Assembly (NCBI GenBank): GCA_963822445.1
Contig: CAWGHO010000003.1
Span: 736,001-800,000 of the forward strand
DNA length: 64,000 nt
From: an uncultured Acidobacteriota bacterium
Lineage (GTDB): Bacteria > Acidobacteriota > Thermoanaerobaculia > Gp7-AA8
Reading direction: 5' to 3'
The notes beneath the pieces are model-generated. The model did no database searches. It worked only from the letters and a program-made list of their open reading frames with translations, and had not been told where the DNA came from. The position numbers were made by a program, and so were the translations under genes. Numbering within the stretch: the first letter of the stretch is position 1; each line of letters opens with the position of its first letter. Shown here one piece after another: positions 32,270 to 42,029 of this stretch.

Positions 32270-32374
32270 CGCGACGAGGATACCTCTCACGGCAATCTCA
32301 GGAATCTTTCAACGCACGGTAAGGACCGGAGCGCGCGGCCGCCGCATCTTTCATCGCGAACAAAGGAAGGTGCC

Positions 32375-32992
32375 ATGAAAAGAAACGTGCAGAGGTTCGT
32401 CCTGATTTTCTCGATCGCTACAGTCGCTTCCGCGCAACCGCTGGTGGATGGTTACTTCCATCAGAGCGAATGGAGCGGAGCGACGCAGTACCCGATCACG
32501 CTCAACCTGCCCGAGGGTGGAACGACTGCCGGAACCATCTACATCCTCAACGACGCCACAGACCTCTATTTCGCCGTCCGCTATGAGCGCACGACGATCG
32601 ACGCGTTCACCGCGTTCAATGTCACCTTCGACCGGTACGGCGATGGGCCCTGGACGGAAGATGACGACTCCGTGGGCCTGCAGGGCTGGGCGTGCTTTCC
32701 GCAGACCTTCTATGACGGCGTCCTCACCACCCTGTCGCCGCCGTGCTACCCCGGCACGATCTGCAACACCAGCGACCCGGAGGTTGGGGGCACGGAAGAC
32801 GGCACCGGCGCCGTCGGCCGCGATGGAATCATCATGGCTTACGAGGTGCGTCACCCGTTGTACAGCAACGATGGCCGCGACATTGCGGCCAAGAGCGGCG
32901 ACACCATGCAGTTTGGATGGTACGTGGGCCTGAGCAACGCCGCTGGGACCGGTGCGATGTCATGGGGGATCGAGCAGTACACGGTGCAATGA
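32375..32992 (+). CDS. Secreted beta-rich (DOMON/CBM9-like) hypothetical protein
   Basis: Signal peptide; VDG...EW, NDATDLYFAV, YEVRHPL. Confidence 0.65.
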   Translation: MKRNVQRFVLIFSIATVASAQPLVDGYFHQSEWSGATQYPITLNLPEGGTTAGTIYILNDATDLYFAVRYERTTIDAFTAFNVTFDRYGDGPWTEDDDSVGLQGWACFPQTFYDGVLTTLSPPCYPGTICNTSDPEVGGTEDGTGAVGRDGIIMAYEVRHPLYSNDGRDIAAKSGDTMQFGWYVGLSNAAGTGAMSWGIEQYTVQ

Positions 32993-32996
32993 ACCG

Positions 32997-33845
32997 CTAG
33001 CCCGCCAGCTCCGCGATCCGCGCCTCGACCTCCTCGATCACGTACTCGGGGGTCGAGGCGCCCGCCGTCACGCCGATGACGTTCGCGTCGCGGAACCATT
33101 CCCCGTCGAGATCATCGGGTCCCTGCACGAAGTACGACGGCTTCGACTCGCGGCAGATCTCCCAGAGGTGCTTCGTGTTCGCGCTCTTCGTGCCGCCGAT
33201 GACGACGATCAGATCGACGTCCGGGTCGTGGGCGAGCAGGCGGGCGGCGTCCTGGTTCTGTTTCGTGGCGTAGCAGATGGTGTCGGCGCGCTCCACTCTC
33301 TTTGCGCGGCGCTCGATGGTCTGCACGACGTCCTCATACTCCTCGGCATTGAGCGTCGTCTGGTAGAAGACTTTGATCTTGGCGTACGGCGACCAGTCGA
33401 TGGCCTCGCTCGCGGCGACGGTGGAGACGATGTGGTAGGTCGATGGATCGAGATCGTGCGTGTAGCCGATCACCTCGCGATGCTTCGGATCGCCGATGAA
33501 GACGAGGTGATAGCCATCGGCCAGCGCCCGCTGCGACTCGTGATGCATGTCGTAGACGAACTTGCAGGTGGTATCGAGGATCTTCAGCCCCGCCGATCTC
33601 GCGCGCTGGTGAAAGGAGGGCGGGACGCCGTGCGCGGAGAAGACGATGGTCGGCTCCGCTACCGCGGCGATGTCGACGACCGTCCGCACGCCGAGCTGTT
33701 CCATCTCCGCGACGACCCGCTCGTTGTGCACGAGCTGGCCGAGGATCGCGCCGCGGCCGCCGCCGGCCGCGAAGCGTTTCACCTTGAGGTCGGCGATGCG
33801 TACGCCGGAACAGAAGCCGTATTTTTCCGCTCGTTTGATCTTCAC
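32997..33845 (-). CDS. ispH: 4-hydroxy-3-methylbut-2-enyl diphosphate reductase
   Basis: GFCSGV, VHN, SAHG, DTTC, HREV, QTT, TICYAT..Q, SAN, TAGASTP. Confidence 0.95.
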   Translation of the reverse strand: MKIKRAEKYGFCSGVRIADLKVKRFAAGGGRGAILGQLVHNERVVAEMEQLGVRTVVDIAAVAEPTIVFSAHGVPPSFHQRARSAGLKILDTTCKFVYDMHHESQRALADGYHLVFIGDPKHREVIGYTHDLDPSTYHIVSTVAASEAIDWSPYAKIKVFYQTTLNAEEYEDVVQTIERRAKRVERADTICYATKQNQDAARLLAHDPDVDLIVVIGGTKSANTKHLWEICRESKPSYFVQGPDDLDGEWFRDANVIGVTAGASTPEYVIEEVEARIAELAG

Positions 33846-33851
33846 GCGGTA

Positions 33852-33868
33852 ACTTTACCACGCAAAGT
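33852..33868. promoter_or_regulatory. Operator-like palindrome ACTTT-N7-AAAGT overlapping the ispH -10
   Basis: ACTTTACCACGCAAAGT; on the minus strand TGgTAAAGT lies 6 nt before the GTG. Confidence 0.55.
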
Positions 33869-33940
33869 ACTTGCCATACGTACGGTGAGCGTCCCGCTCG
33901 CAACGCGGCGGGCATCCTGCCCGCCGCCGTACGCTCTCCA

Positions 33941-34480
33941 TCAGAGCGCGGCGAGATCGATGCGAACGTCTCGCACGCCGCGCAGCCCGCGGACGGTTTC
34001 GCGGGCCAGGTCTTTCTGCAGCTCGCGCTGGACTTTCCCGCTCACGACGACCATGCCGTCCTTGCAGGTGATGGCCAGTTGCGCGCCCTGGAGCCCCGGC
34101 ATCGCGGCCAGTTCCCGCTCGACCTGGCGGCGGAGCTCGTCGTCGTTCGACTTTCTTGCCGGTGTGATCAGGTTCGCGACGCGTTTCGCGCCGAGGGCCT
34201 GGACGACTGAGACGGCGTGCCGGGCCGCGGCGGCGTCGCCCGTGCCGCGCAGGACCATCACGTCCCCGCTGCTGCGCACGACCAACTGGTCGACGGACAC
34301 GCCGGCGGCGAGGATCGCCTTCGCGGCTGCGGCATCGCTGAGGACCGGTTCAAAGCTCTTCACCACGTTCGCTTCGACCGCGCGCGTCTTCACAGGCGTG
34401 GCCCCGTGCCTGCGCACCATCGTGATTCCGACCGCAGCAACAGCCACAAGTGCTACCGCGATCAACGTTTTCTGCTTCAT
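33941..34480 (-). CDS. BON domain protein
   Basis: DDELRRQVEREL...VVVSGKV...RGLRGVRDV; N-terminal anchor. Confidence 0.8.
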   Translation of the reverse strand: MKQKTLIAVALVAVAAVGITMVRRHGATPVKTRAVEANVVKSFEPVLSDAAAAKAILAAGVSVDQLVVRSSGDVMVLRGTGDAAAARHAVSVVQALGAKRVANLITPARKSNDDELRRQVERELAAMPGLQGAQLAITCKDGMVVVSGKVQRELQKDLARETVRGLRGVRDVRIDLAAL

Positions 34481-34573
34481 GTTGTCTCCGATGGATGCGG
34501 ATGCACCCAAGTCGCGTGCCATGGTTCCGGTGAATTGACGGCTTCACGTGGCGGACGCTACCTTTTGCAGACT

Positions 34574-36244
34574 GTGAAATTCGTTTGCATTTTCCTCTTC
34601 GCCACGCTGCCCGCTGTTGCCCAATCCGCCAACAGTTGCGCCGATCCGTACTGGAAGGACACGCTGCGCTGCGTCTTCTTTCCCGACGAGGTCCCTCAGC
34701 CGAATCTCAGCATCGTGCCGGGCCCGGGCAACGGCGACGCGTTAGCGAAATACACGCGGCTCTTCATCAACAACCCCGCGGTGCGCTGCACGGACGGTAC
34801 GCGCCCGCTGTACTACGTCGACAAAGCCATCTGCACGGACGCGCAAGGCTGCGGCAACGGAATCCGCCGCGGCGATCCCATCGAGTCGAATCGCTGGATC
34901 TTCACCGTCACCGGCGGCGATTCCTGCAACGGAGAGCGCTGCGCCTTTTTCTACGCCCAGCCCGATGAGCGCGGCGCGATGGGATCGTCGACACGCGATC
35001 CGGCAAAGGATCTCGAAGGAATCCACGATCCCGATCCCGTGAAGAATCCCGTCTTCTCCACATACAACCGCGTGCGCATCGAGAAGTGCACGTTCGACCG
35101 CTACATGGGACGGACGCAGGAAGAAGCGCCGGGAGGGGCGATTCGCGCCACCGCGCCGAACGGCACGCCGATCTCGTTCAACGCCTACTACCACGGCTTC
35201 CTGATCATGGAAGAGACCTTCAAGGCGCTCGAGAAAGGTCTCCGTTACACCACATTTCAACAGGGGACGGCCAACACCCCCGCGAAGCGGCGGGCATGTT
35301 GCGGGACGAGCGGCGGCAACAATCTGACCGCGGTGCAGGAGTCGCTGCCGCCTCTCGCGGATGCCGAGGCGGTGCTGTTCATCGGGCATTCGAACGCGAG
35401 CCACGGCATGTACCACAACATCGACCATCTCTCAGCGCGCGTGGCGGAGATCACCGGCGGCAGCGCCGACGTCCGCGTGCTCTTCGACGAGAACTTCCTG
35501 CCATCGGTCGAAAACGAAGCAGCGTTTGCCACGACCGCTCCGCCGAACAAGGATCTGTACGACTCGATCTGGTCCGGTGCGAGCTCGGGACGAGGCGAGC
35601 CGTTCACGTACGACGGCGAGAGGTATCACGCGACGAACGTCGTCGATCAGGACTACATCGCCCACGGCGCGGTGCAGGATCAGTCGTGCCTCGATACGCA
35701 CGCGGCGGCCGGCACGACCTGGATGTGCCGCGATCGCATGCACGTGCTCTTCAACCACGTCTCCACGCCGTTCATGGTTCGCCAGGATTTCACCGATCCG
35801 AACCGCGATCACCTCGATGCGCCGGACGGCCACTGGGTGCGATGGGGCGATCCCGCGGACTTCCCGTACTGTCCGGGAGGGGTGAAGCCGTGCGAGCCGC
35901 GGTTCAACGTCGCCGAATTCCGCGCTCGTCTGGAAAAGCAGATGGAGACTCTCCTCGAGGGTTTGTGGACGCGATCCGAGATCGCGCGGCGACTCGACGT
36001 CAGCCCATCCACGCGGCCGACGCTCTTCGCCTGGATGCCGTCGTGCAACAACCACGAGGGTGCCTACAACGACAACGGGTTCTTCGGCGTCACCGTCGCC
36101 GCCGATACGGCGTCCTGGTCGATGCGTGAATGGCTCGAGGAGTTCATGGCCGCGCCGCGGAGCGGAGTGCGCCGTTACCTCATCGATGGCGGGACCGACG
36201 CGAGCGGACGAGCGATGCGTACGACGCAGTGCCGGTTGAACTGA
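34574..36244 (+). CDS. Secreted Cys-rich pectin acetylesterase/Notum-like hydrolase
   Basis: CTDGTRPLYY, WIF..GGDSC, YNRV....CTFD, GHS nucleophile elbow. Confidence 0.6.
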   Translation: MKFVCIFLFATLPAVAQSANSCADPYWKDTLRCVFFPDEVPQPNLSIVPGPGNGDALAKYTRLFINNPAVRCTDGTRPLYYVDKAICTDAQGCGNGIRRGDPIESNRWIFTVTGGDSCNGERCAFFYAQPDERGAMGSSTRDPAKDLEGIHDPDPVKNPVFSTYNRVRIEKCTFDRYMGRTQEEAPGGAIRATAPNGTPISFNAYYHGFLIMEETFKALEKGLRYTTFQQGTANTPAKRRACCGTSGGNNLTAVQESLPPLADAEAVLFIGHSNASHGMYHNIDHLSARVAEITGGSADVRVLFDENFLPSVENEAAFATTAPPNKDLYDSIWSGASSGRGEPFTYDGERYHATNVVDQDYIAHGAVQDQSCLDTHAAAGTTWMCRDRMHVLFNHVSTPFMVRQDFTDPNRDHLDAPDGHWVRWGDPADFPYCPGGVKPCEPRFNVAEFRARLEKQMETLLEGLWTRSEIARRLDVSPSTRPTLFAWMPSCNNHEGAYNDNGFFGVTVAADTASWSMREWLEEFMAAPRSGVRRYLIDGGTDASGRAMRTTQCRLN

Positions 36245-36247
36245 GTC

Positions 36248-36306
36248 GTGTGGTGCAGGCCTCCGGCCTGCCCTGACGAGAGGCAGGCCGGAGGCCTGCA
36301 CCACAC
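36248..36306. repeat. REP-like pair, family B
   Basis: GTGTGGTGCAGGCCTCCGGCCTGCC...GGCAGGCCGGAGGCCTGCACCACAC. Confidence 0.9.
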
Positions 36307-36319
36307 CGATCCGTAAGCG

Positions 36320-37723
36320 GTGGGCGCGGAACCGGCGGGCGATGGCGGTACCTACTTTCAGCAAGTCCGGCTGCGCACGTATCTCCTCGATCCCTCGAAG
36401 TCGTCGTTCGCTATCGACGGCAAGACGTTCGAGCATCGCAAGGACGTGCTGGTCGTCGTCGGGCTGGAAAACACGAGTGAGGTCGAAGCGCCGGTCGTCT
36501 TCGCCGGCTTCGGCATCGTCGCTCCCGACCTCGGCCACGACGACTACGCGAACATCGACGTCCGCGGCAAGATCGTCGCGCTGCTTTCCGATTCGCCGCC
36601 GCGCTTCCCGCACAGCCAGCGCGCGTACTACTCGAGCGGCAGCGTAAAGTCCGCGAACGCTGTCGAGCGCGGTGCGATCGGCGTGATCATCGTTCCCACG
36701 CTCGACTCCGAGCGCCGCCGTCCCTGGACGCGGATGATCTCGACCGGCGACTCCATCGGCATGCGCGCCCTGGGTCGCGACGGACAGCCGCTCGAGGCCT
36801 ACCCGCAGATCCGCGGACGTGCCACCCTCGGTCCCGTTGCCGCGCAGGCGCTCTTCGCCGGCGAGCGAACGACGCTCGACGCGATCCTCGCCGACGCGGA
36901 GAAAGGGATCACGAAGCCGTTCGCGCTGCAGAAGCGCGTCACGATCCGCGCGACGACGACCATCAGCGAGTTGACCAGCCCGAACGTCGTCGCGATCGTC
37001 CGCGGCTCCGAGCTCCCGAACGAGCACGTGGTCGTCACGGCCCACCTCGATCACCTCGGCATCACCGACCGCGGCGAAGACCGCATCCGCAACGGCGCGC
37101 TCGACAACGCGTCCGGCGTCGCCGCGCTGATCGAGATCGCCCGCGCCGTCGCCGCGATGAAACCGCGTCCGCGCCGCTCGATCGTCTTCGCCGCGGTGAC
37201 GGCGGAGGAGAAAGGATTACAGGGCTCGCACGCCTTCGCCGACCGCCCGAGCATCGACGGGAACATCGTCGCGAACGTGAACATGGACATGATCACCATG
37301 CTCTTTCCGATGAAGAGCATCGTCCCCCTCGGCCTCGAGCACTCCACCCTCGGCCCGCTCGCCCGCGCCGCGGCCGAACGGAACGGCTTCACCGTTCAGA
37401 GCGATCCGCTGCCCGAGGAGGTGCGGTTCATCCGGAGCGACCAGTATGCGTTCATCAGGAAAGGCATCCCGGCCATCTCCTACAAAGGCGGTCTGGTCAG
37501 CGCCGATCCGGCGATCGACGGCGAGAAGCTGACGCGCGACTGGCTTCGCACGATCTACCACACCGCTGCCGACGAGTCGGATCAGAAGCTCGACTACGCG
37601 ACCGGCGTTGCCTGGGCGCGCACGAACCTCGACCTCGCGGTGTCGATCGCGAATGCGGAGGCGAGGCCGCGATGGAACGAGGGGGATCTCTTCGGGACGC
37701 GGTTCAGCACCGGCACGCGGTGA
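36320..37723 (+). pseudogene. M28 peptidase with PA domain, apparently 5'-truncated
   Basis: AHLDH, GALDNASG, AEEKG, RSDQ, YH. Begins at G.EPAGDGGTYFQ, normally an internal motif; no signal peptide. Confidence 0.7.
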
Positions 37724-38686
37724 TCACGGCTTGATCATCGCCTGAAACGCGGGATCCCCGCGCAGCGCATCGAGGTCCTTGTCCACCGCGGCCTGCTTCT
37801 TCAGATTCGGGTTCAGCTTCAGCGCTTTCGCCAACGCAGTCATCGCTTCGGCGCGCTTGCCCGCGGCGAGGCGGACCACGGCGAGGTCGTAGATCAGTTC
37901 CGGGTTCTCCGGCGCGAGCGTCGCCGCATGCTCCTGCGCAACGAGCGCCTCGGCATACCGCTTCTGCGTGAACGCGGTCCAGGCGCGGTTCCAGGCGTAG
38001 TTCATCTCCGCGTAGTCGAGCAGGCGGCCCAGCTCTTTGAACGGCTCGGTGTGATCGTCGACGCGGATGTCGATGGCGCGATCGGATCCGCCGTTGAAGC
38101 CGGCGCCTTCCTTCGCCACGATCAGCGACGCGGACTGCTTGCCGCGCGAGTCACCGCCGGCGGCATCGCCCGCGACCATCGCGGCGTACATCCGCCGCGC
38201 GAGCGTTCCTTTCGTCTCGAGAAACGCTTTCTCCATCGCGACGACGACCTGTTCGCTCGCGAGGATGTTGCCCTGCACCGCGTAGTTCGGACCATTCCGA
38301 CCGCCCGCCCAGGCGTTGCAATTCGGACCGGTGTGCGTTGCCGACGATCCGTCCGCGGCGACGATGCCGATCTGCCGGCCACCGGTGCCGTTCCCCGAAT
38401 CACCACGAAGGAGGATCTGCATCGTTTCCGCGGCGCTGGCCTTCCGCGCGAGCAACTCCAGTCCGCGCGGCCCGAACGTGACGTTCGCGTTCGCCTGCGT
38501 GGCCACCGCGCCCGCGCCGGCCTGCGCGTACGGCACGACACTCCCGACGCTGAAGAACCGAGACGCCACGGCGACGCCGATCTCCTCGGTCACCGGATCA
38601 CGAGCAACGATCGAGAACGTGGCCACGTCGCGAGCCGAGGCTGAGGCGGCGACGATGAGAAGCGAAAGGAGCAAGCGGGCGCGCAT
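37724..38686 (-). CDS. DUF1028 (Ntn-hydrolase-like) + TPR protein
   Basis: TFSIVARD, GAVATQA, QGNIL, GGDSRGKQSA, IRVDDH. Confidence 0.9.
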   Translation of the reverse strand: MRARLLLSLLIVAASASARDVATFSIVARDPVTEEIGVAVASRFFSVGSVVPYAQAGAGAVATQANANVTFGPRGLELLARKASAAETMQILLRGDSGNGTGGRQIGIVAADGSSATHTGPNCNAWAGGRNGPNYAVQGNILASEQVVVAMEKAFLETKGTLARRMYAAMVAGDAAGGDSRGKQSASLIVAKEGAGFNGGSDRAIDIRVDDHTEPFKELGRLLDYAEMNYAWNRAWTAFTQKRYAEALVAQEHAATLAPENPELIYDLAVVRLAAGKRAEAMTALAKALKLNPNLKKQAAVDKDLDALRGDPAFQAMIKP

Positions 38687-38710
38687 GCGAACGAATTGTA
38701 TTCGCGCGCT

Positions 38711-39331
38711 CTAGGCTCCCGGCCACCACGCGCTGAGCTGCTCCGCGGTGCCGTTGTAGCGCGAGCGGTCGACGTTGCCCGTCACGCCATCGACGGTGCC
38801 GCTCTCGCTGTACTGCCACAGAGTCCACGTCTTCCACACCTGCGACGGGATCCCCACGGGCTGCGGAAGAGTGTTGTACTCCGCGATCCAGAGAGGGCAG
38901 GCCGCGAGCGTGGGATGTGTGCTGCTGCCGATCTGCGAAAAGAGCAGCGACTTGCCGCCGTAAACCATGGGCGGACGCCCGGTCGCCTTCTGCACGGTTT
39001 CGATCCAGCCGAAGAGGTGATCGAGGGGCATGACCGTGCCGGAGGGATTCGGCTCGAAGTCGATGACGCAAAGCGTCTTCGCGTCGGGCTTCACGGTATC
39101 GAGAAAGAACTGCGCCTGCGCGCTGCCTTCTTCGTCGCCGGTGCCGAAGTGATACGCGCCCCACAACAGTCCCGCCGCCGGTACCGCGGTACTGGCCGCG
39201 TGGAACGTGGAGTCCACCGACTTCGAGCCCTGGGTGGCCTTGTGGATTACGCCGAGGATGCCCGCTGCTTTCACCCGCGCCCAGTCGGGGGACCCGTTGA
39301 AATGGCTGATGTCGATGACCGCGTCGATCAT
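38711..39331 (-). CDS. GH25 lysozyme/muramidase
   Basis: IDISHFN, KATQG, GAYHF, DFE, LWIAEY, WQYS. Confidence 0.92.
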   Translation of the reverse strand: MIDAVIDISHFNGSPDWARVKAAGILGVIHKATQGSKSVDSTFHAASTAVPAAGLLWGAYHFGTGDEEGSAQAQFFLDTVKPDAKTLCVIDFEPNPSGTVMPLDHLFGWIETVQKATGRPPMVYGGKSLLFSQIGSSTHPTLAACPLWIAEYNTLPQPVGIPSQVWKTWTLWQYSESGTVDGVTGNVDRSRYNGTAEQLSAWWPGA

Positions 39332-39423
39332 GATTTCTCTCCTGAATCGCACTCTACCGGCGAAGCAGGAATGAATCGCCATTCATTCGGGGTTCTGGCG
39401 ACCCCAAGAAAAGGAGTAACTCA

Positions 39424-39636
39424 ATGTTCAATCGCAAGCCCAAGTTCCCCGTAGCCAAGGTCACCACCGGATTCATCATCGGCGCCATTTCCGGTGCCGT
39501 CGCCGCGCTTCTCTTTGCGCCGATGACCGGTAAGAAGCTTCAGAAGAAGATCGCCGGTGTGACCGACGACGTCGTCGAGAAGATCGAAGACGGCGTGCAG
39601 CAGGTTCAGGCCGGCGTCCGCCGCCTGGCTCGTTAG
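39424..39636 (+). CDS. YtxH-like protein
   Basis: GAISGAVAALLFAPMTGKKLQKKI; SD AAGGAG. Confidence 0.85.
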   Translation: MFNRKPKFPVAKVTTGFIIGAISGAVAALLFAPMTGKKLQKKIAGVTDDVVEKIEDGVQQVQAGVRRLAR

Positions 39637-40370
39637 TCCCCAACCCGTGGAGCGGCGGCCGCCTCGGCCGCCGCCACCCGAAACCGCGCCACCCGCCCGT
39701 ACTGATCGTCGAACCGGCGGTCGAATGGCAGCGGACGATGGCGCGGATCCCGGCCGAACTGGCGCATGGCGTTGAAGCCGCCGCCGGTGAAGATGCGCGT
39801 GGCGTTCGCGGCGATGAGCGTCGCCGGATAGACATCAGGCGCGACGATCGGATCGTCGACGCCCTCCTCGGCACAGACCTCGCGGGCGTAGGCGAGGAGC
39901 TCCTCCCGTTCCGCGGCCCGCGAGTGAACGAGGAGGACGTAGCGCGGCGGCAGATCAACCACCTGCTGCACGGCGCACGGCGGGTCGCGCAACTCGAAGT
40001 TTTCGATGACGGTCTCGGCATGCGCGCGGACGTAACGCTCCTGATCCGGATGCAGCGGCTCGAGGATGTATGCACGGCGAATCTGCGGCGTGTTGGGAGG
40101 AACGCGGTAGCGATCCCAGCGAACGTAGCGGGCTACGTAATCGACCACGCCACCTTCGATCTCGCCGAACAGGCCCGCGGGAAACGTGTCGAGAATGAGC
40201 TCGCCCTGCGGAACGGTCGCGACCGGAATGTCGCCGACGACTCTGCGATCGCTGGCGAACGGCGAGTCGGCGACGATCATTGCGTCCCGCTCGAGACCGA
40301 GCGTGTGCAGGAACGCGCGGGCGCGAGTGAGGTGGCCAAGGCCGCCGCCGTTCGCGTAGTAGGAGATCAA
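39633..40370 (-). CDS. Degenerate GT-B-like hypothetical protein
   Basis: YYANGGGLGHLTRARA, LDTFPAG, GGFN, RRFDDQYGR resemble GT28/GT1-like motifs. Confidence 0.65.
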   Translation of the reverse strand: MISYYANGGGLGHLTRARAFLHTLGLERDAMIVADSPFASDRRVVGDIPVATVPQGELILDTFPAGLFGEIEGGVVDYVARYVRWDRYRVPPNTPQIRRAYILEPLHPDQERYVRAHAETVIENFELRDPPCAVQQVVDLPPRYVLLVHSRAAEREELLAYAREVCAEEGVDDPIVAPDVYPATLIAANATRIFTGGGFNAMRQFGRDPRHRPLPFDRRFDDQYGRVARFRVAAAEAAAAPRVGD

Positions 40371-40981
40371 TGTCCCGCCGCGAGCTCCGCGAAGATCACC
40401 GCGCGCTCGCGCGCCGGAACGCCGTCGAGCAACGCCACGCCGTAGAACGCCGCGGCGTTCGTGCCGGCCGCGCGGAACTTGTCGCCGACCTCGACGTGGT
40501 CGCCGCGCACGCGCACTTCGCCGAGGAGCTTCTCGCCGGGCGCGTAGACCTTCACCTTGGCTTCCTTGATCTTCAGCTCGAACGGATTCGCGTTCTCCTC
40601 GTTGTCGCTGACCTTGATCTTCTCCGGCGTGATCTTCACCTTCCAGAGCAGTTCGCCGTCGAGCGTGCGCACCTTGAAGCCGCCCTCGTCGCCGTACTTC
40701 ACCTCCACCGATTCGTACTTGCGCTTCTCCCCCTTGCGCCGGCCGTGCAGCACGCCGCCGTCGTAGGTGACGGTGACGTCACTGCCGGACGTGGCGACTT
40801 CCAGGACGCGCTGTCCGTCGTTGGTCGTGACGGCGATCGGCGCTCGTAGAGCAGACACTCCTGTCTGCGCTTCTGTCTGCGTCTGAGGAGATGGAGCAGA
40901 CGGGAGCGTCTGCTCTACGTTCTCTTCAGCGGGCTGCCCGCAGGCGACCAGCAGCAGTGCAAGTGCGAAGGACTTCCACAT
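40367..40981 (-). CDS. Lipoprotein, hypothetical
   Basis: Lipobox LVAC; Lys-rich beta domain. Confidence 0.75.
   Translation of the reverse strand: MWKSFALALLLVACGQPAEENVEQTLPSAPSPQTQTEAQTGVSALRAPIAVTTNDGQRVLEVATSGSDVTVTYDGGVLHGRRKGEKRKYESVEVKYGDEGGFKVRTLDGELLWKVKITPEKIKVSDNEENANPFELKIKEAKVKVYAPGEKLLGEVRVRGDHVEVGDKFRAAGTNAAAFYGVALLDGVPARERAVIFAELAAGH
40845..40919. repeat. REP-like palindrome (family C) inside the lipoprotein CDS
   Basis: CGTAGAGCAGACACTCCTGTCTGC...GCAGACGGGAGCGTCTGCTCTACG, 75 bp. Confidence 0.75.
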
Positions 40982-42029
40982 ATCTCTGCGCTTCCTTTTC
41001 ATGGTTGAAGTGTTCGACGACGGCGCTTCTCGCCCGCGCCCCAAGCGCACGGAGGGCATCGTCGTCCATCGCCGCCGCGGTCATGATCGCCCGACGGCAG
41101 TCATGAGCATCGCCCGCATCGAACCGGATTGCGTTCTCGCCATCGACGAGGAGGTCGGCCATGCCGCCGGCGTCCGAGGCCAGCAGGGGGATGCCCAGCG
41201 CCGCGGCTTCGAGGACGACGTTCGGCAGACCGTCATAGAACGAAGGCACGACGACCATGTCGCACGCGGCGTACAGCGGCAGAAGGTCGAGGCGATCGCG
41301 GAAGGGGAGGGCCTCGATGCCCAGCGACGGGTCCACGTCGCCGACGAGCAGCAGATGAAATCGATCGGCGAGGCCCGACTGCTGCAGCGCGTCGAGAAAG
41401 AACTGCACGCCTTTCTTCTGCTTGAGCTGTCCGAACATCCCCAGCACCCGACGTCCCGGCACGCGATAACGCTCAGCCTCGGAGAGATCGTGCGGAAGGA
41501 GCTGCCACGCGTCCACGTCGATGCCGTTGGGGATCCACACCGGCTCGACTCCCGGTTCCAGCGCGGCGATGCGCGCCGCGTGATCGCGTGTGACCGTGCA
41601 GACCACGGCGGAGGAGCGCAGGGCGTGGCGGAGCACGTCCGATTTCTTTGGTGAGAAAACCGCGGCGTCGAAGTCGTTTCCGCGGATCAGCGTCACCAGC
41701 GGTACCTGCAGCCACGCTGCATACGCCGGCCCGGCGAGCAGCGGAAGCGTTCCGCCGAACGCGACGACGTGCGTCGGCGTCTCACCGCGGCGCAGCACGT
41801 TCCAGAGCCGGTTCAGCGTGTGCGCCGGATCGTCGTCCGCCGGGCAGCAGATCTGCCGCCCGCCGCTCTTCGTCTCGACGCGCCACTGGTCATAGCGCCG
41901 CGACACATGCGCGACGTCGATCTCCACGCCGCGCGCGCGGAGGGCGTGCACGATGCGGTCGCAGGACTGGGCCATACCGCCGCGGTCGGGCGGATAGGTC
42001 TCGGTCAGCCAGAGCGGCCGCAGCGGCAT
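40926..42029 (-). CDS. Glycosyltransferase family 4
   Basis: TETYPPDRGG, IPNGID, KKGV, PSFYDGLPNVVLEAA. Confidence 0.9.
   Translation of the reverse strand: MPLRPLWLTETYPPDRGGMAQSCDRIVHALRARGVEIDVAHVSRRYDQWRVETKSGGRQICCPADDDPAHTLNRLWNVLRRGETPTHVVAFGGTLPLLAGPAYAAWLQVPLVTLIRGNDFDAAVFSPKKSDVLRHALRSSAVVCTVTRDHAARIAALEPGVEPVWIPNGIDVDAWQLLPHDLSEAERYRVPGRRVLGMFGQLKQKKGVQFFLDALQQSGLADRFHLLLVGDVDPSLGIEALPFRDRLDLLPLYAACDMVVVPSFYDGLPNVVLEAAALGIPLLASDAGGMADLLVDGENAIRFDAGDAHDCRRAIMTAAAMDDDALRALGARARSAVVEHFNHEKEAQRYVEVLRTCTAAGRLRAAR

Noticed and set aside
38711-39636. Prophage lysis cassette (GH25 + small membrane protein)
   Set aside because: The genes are divergent, the small protein is YtxH-like and there are no phage genes nearby.
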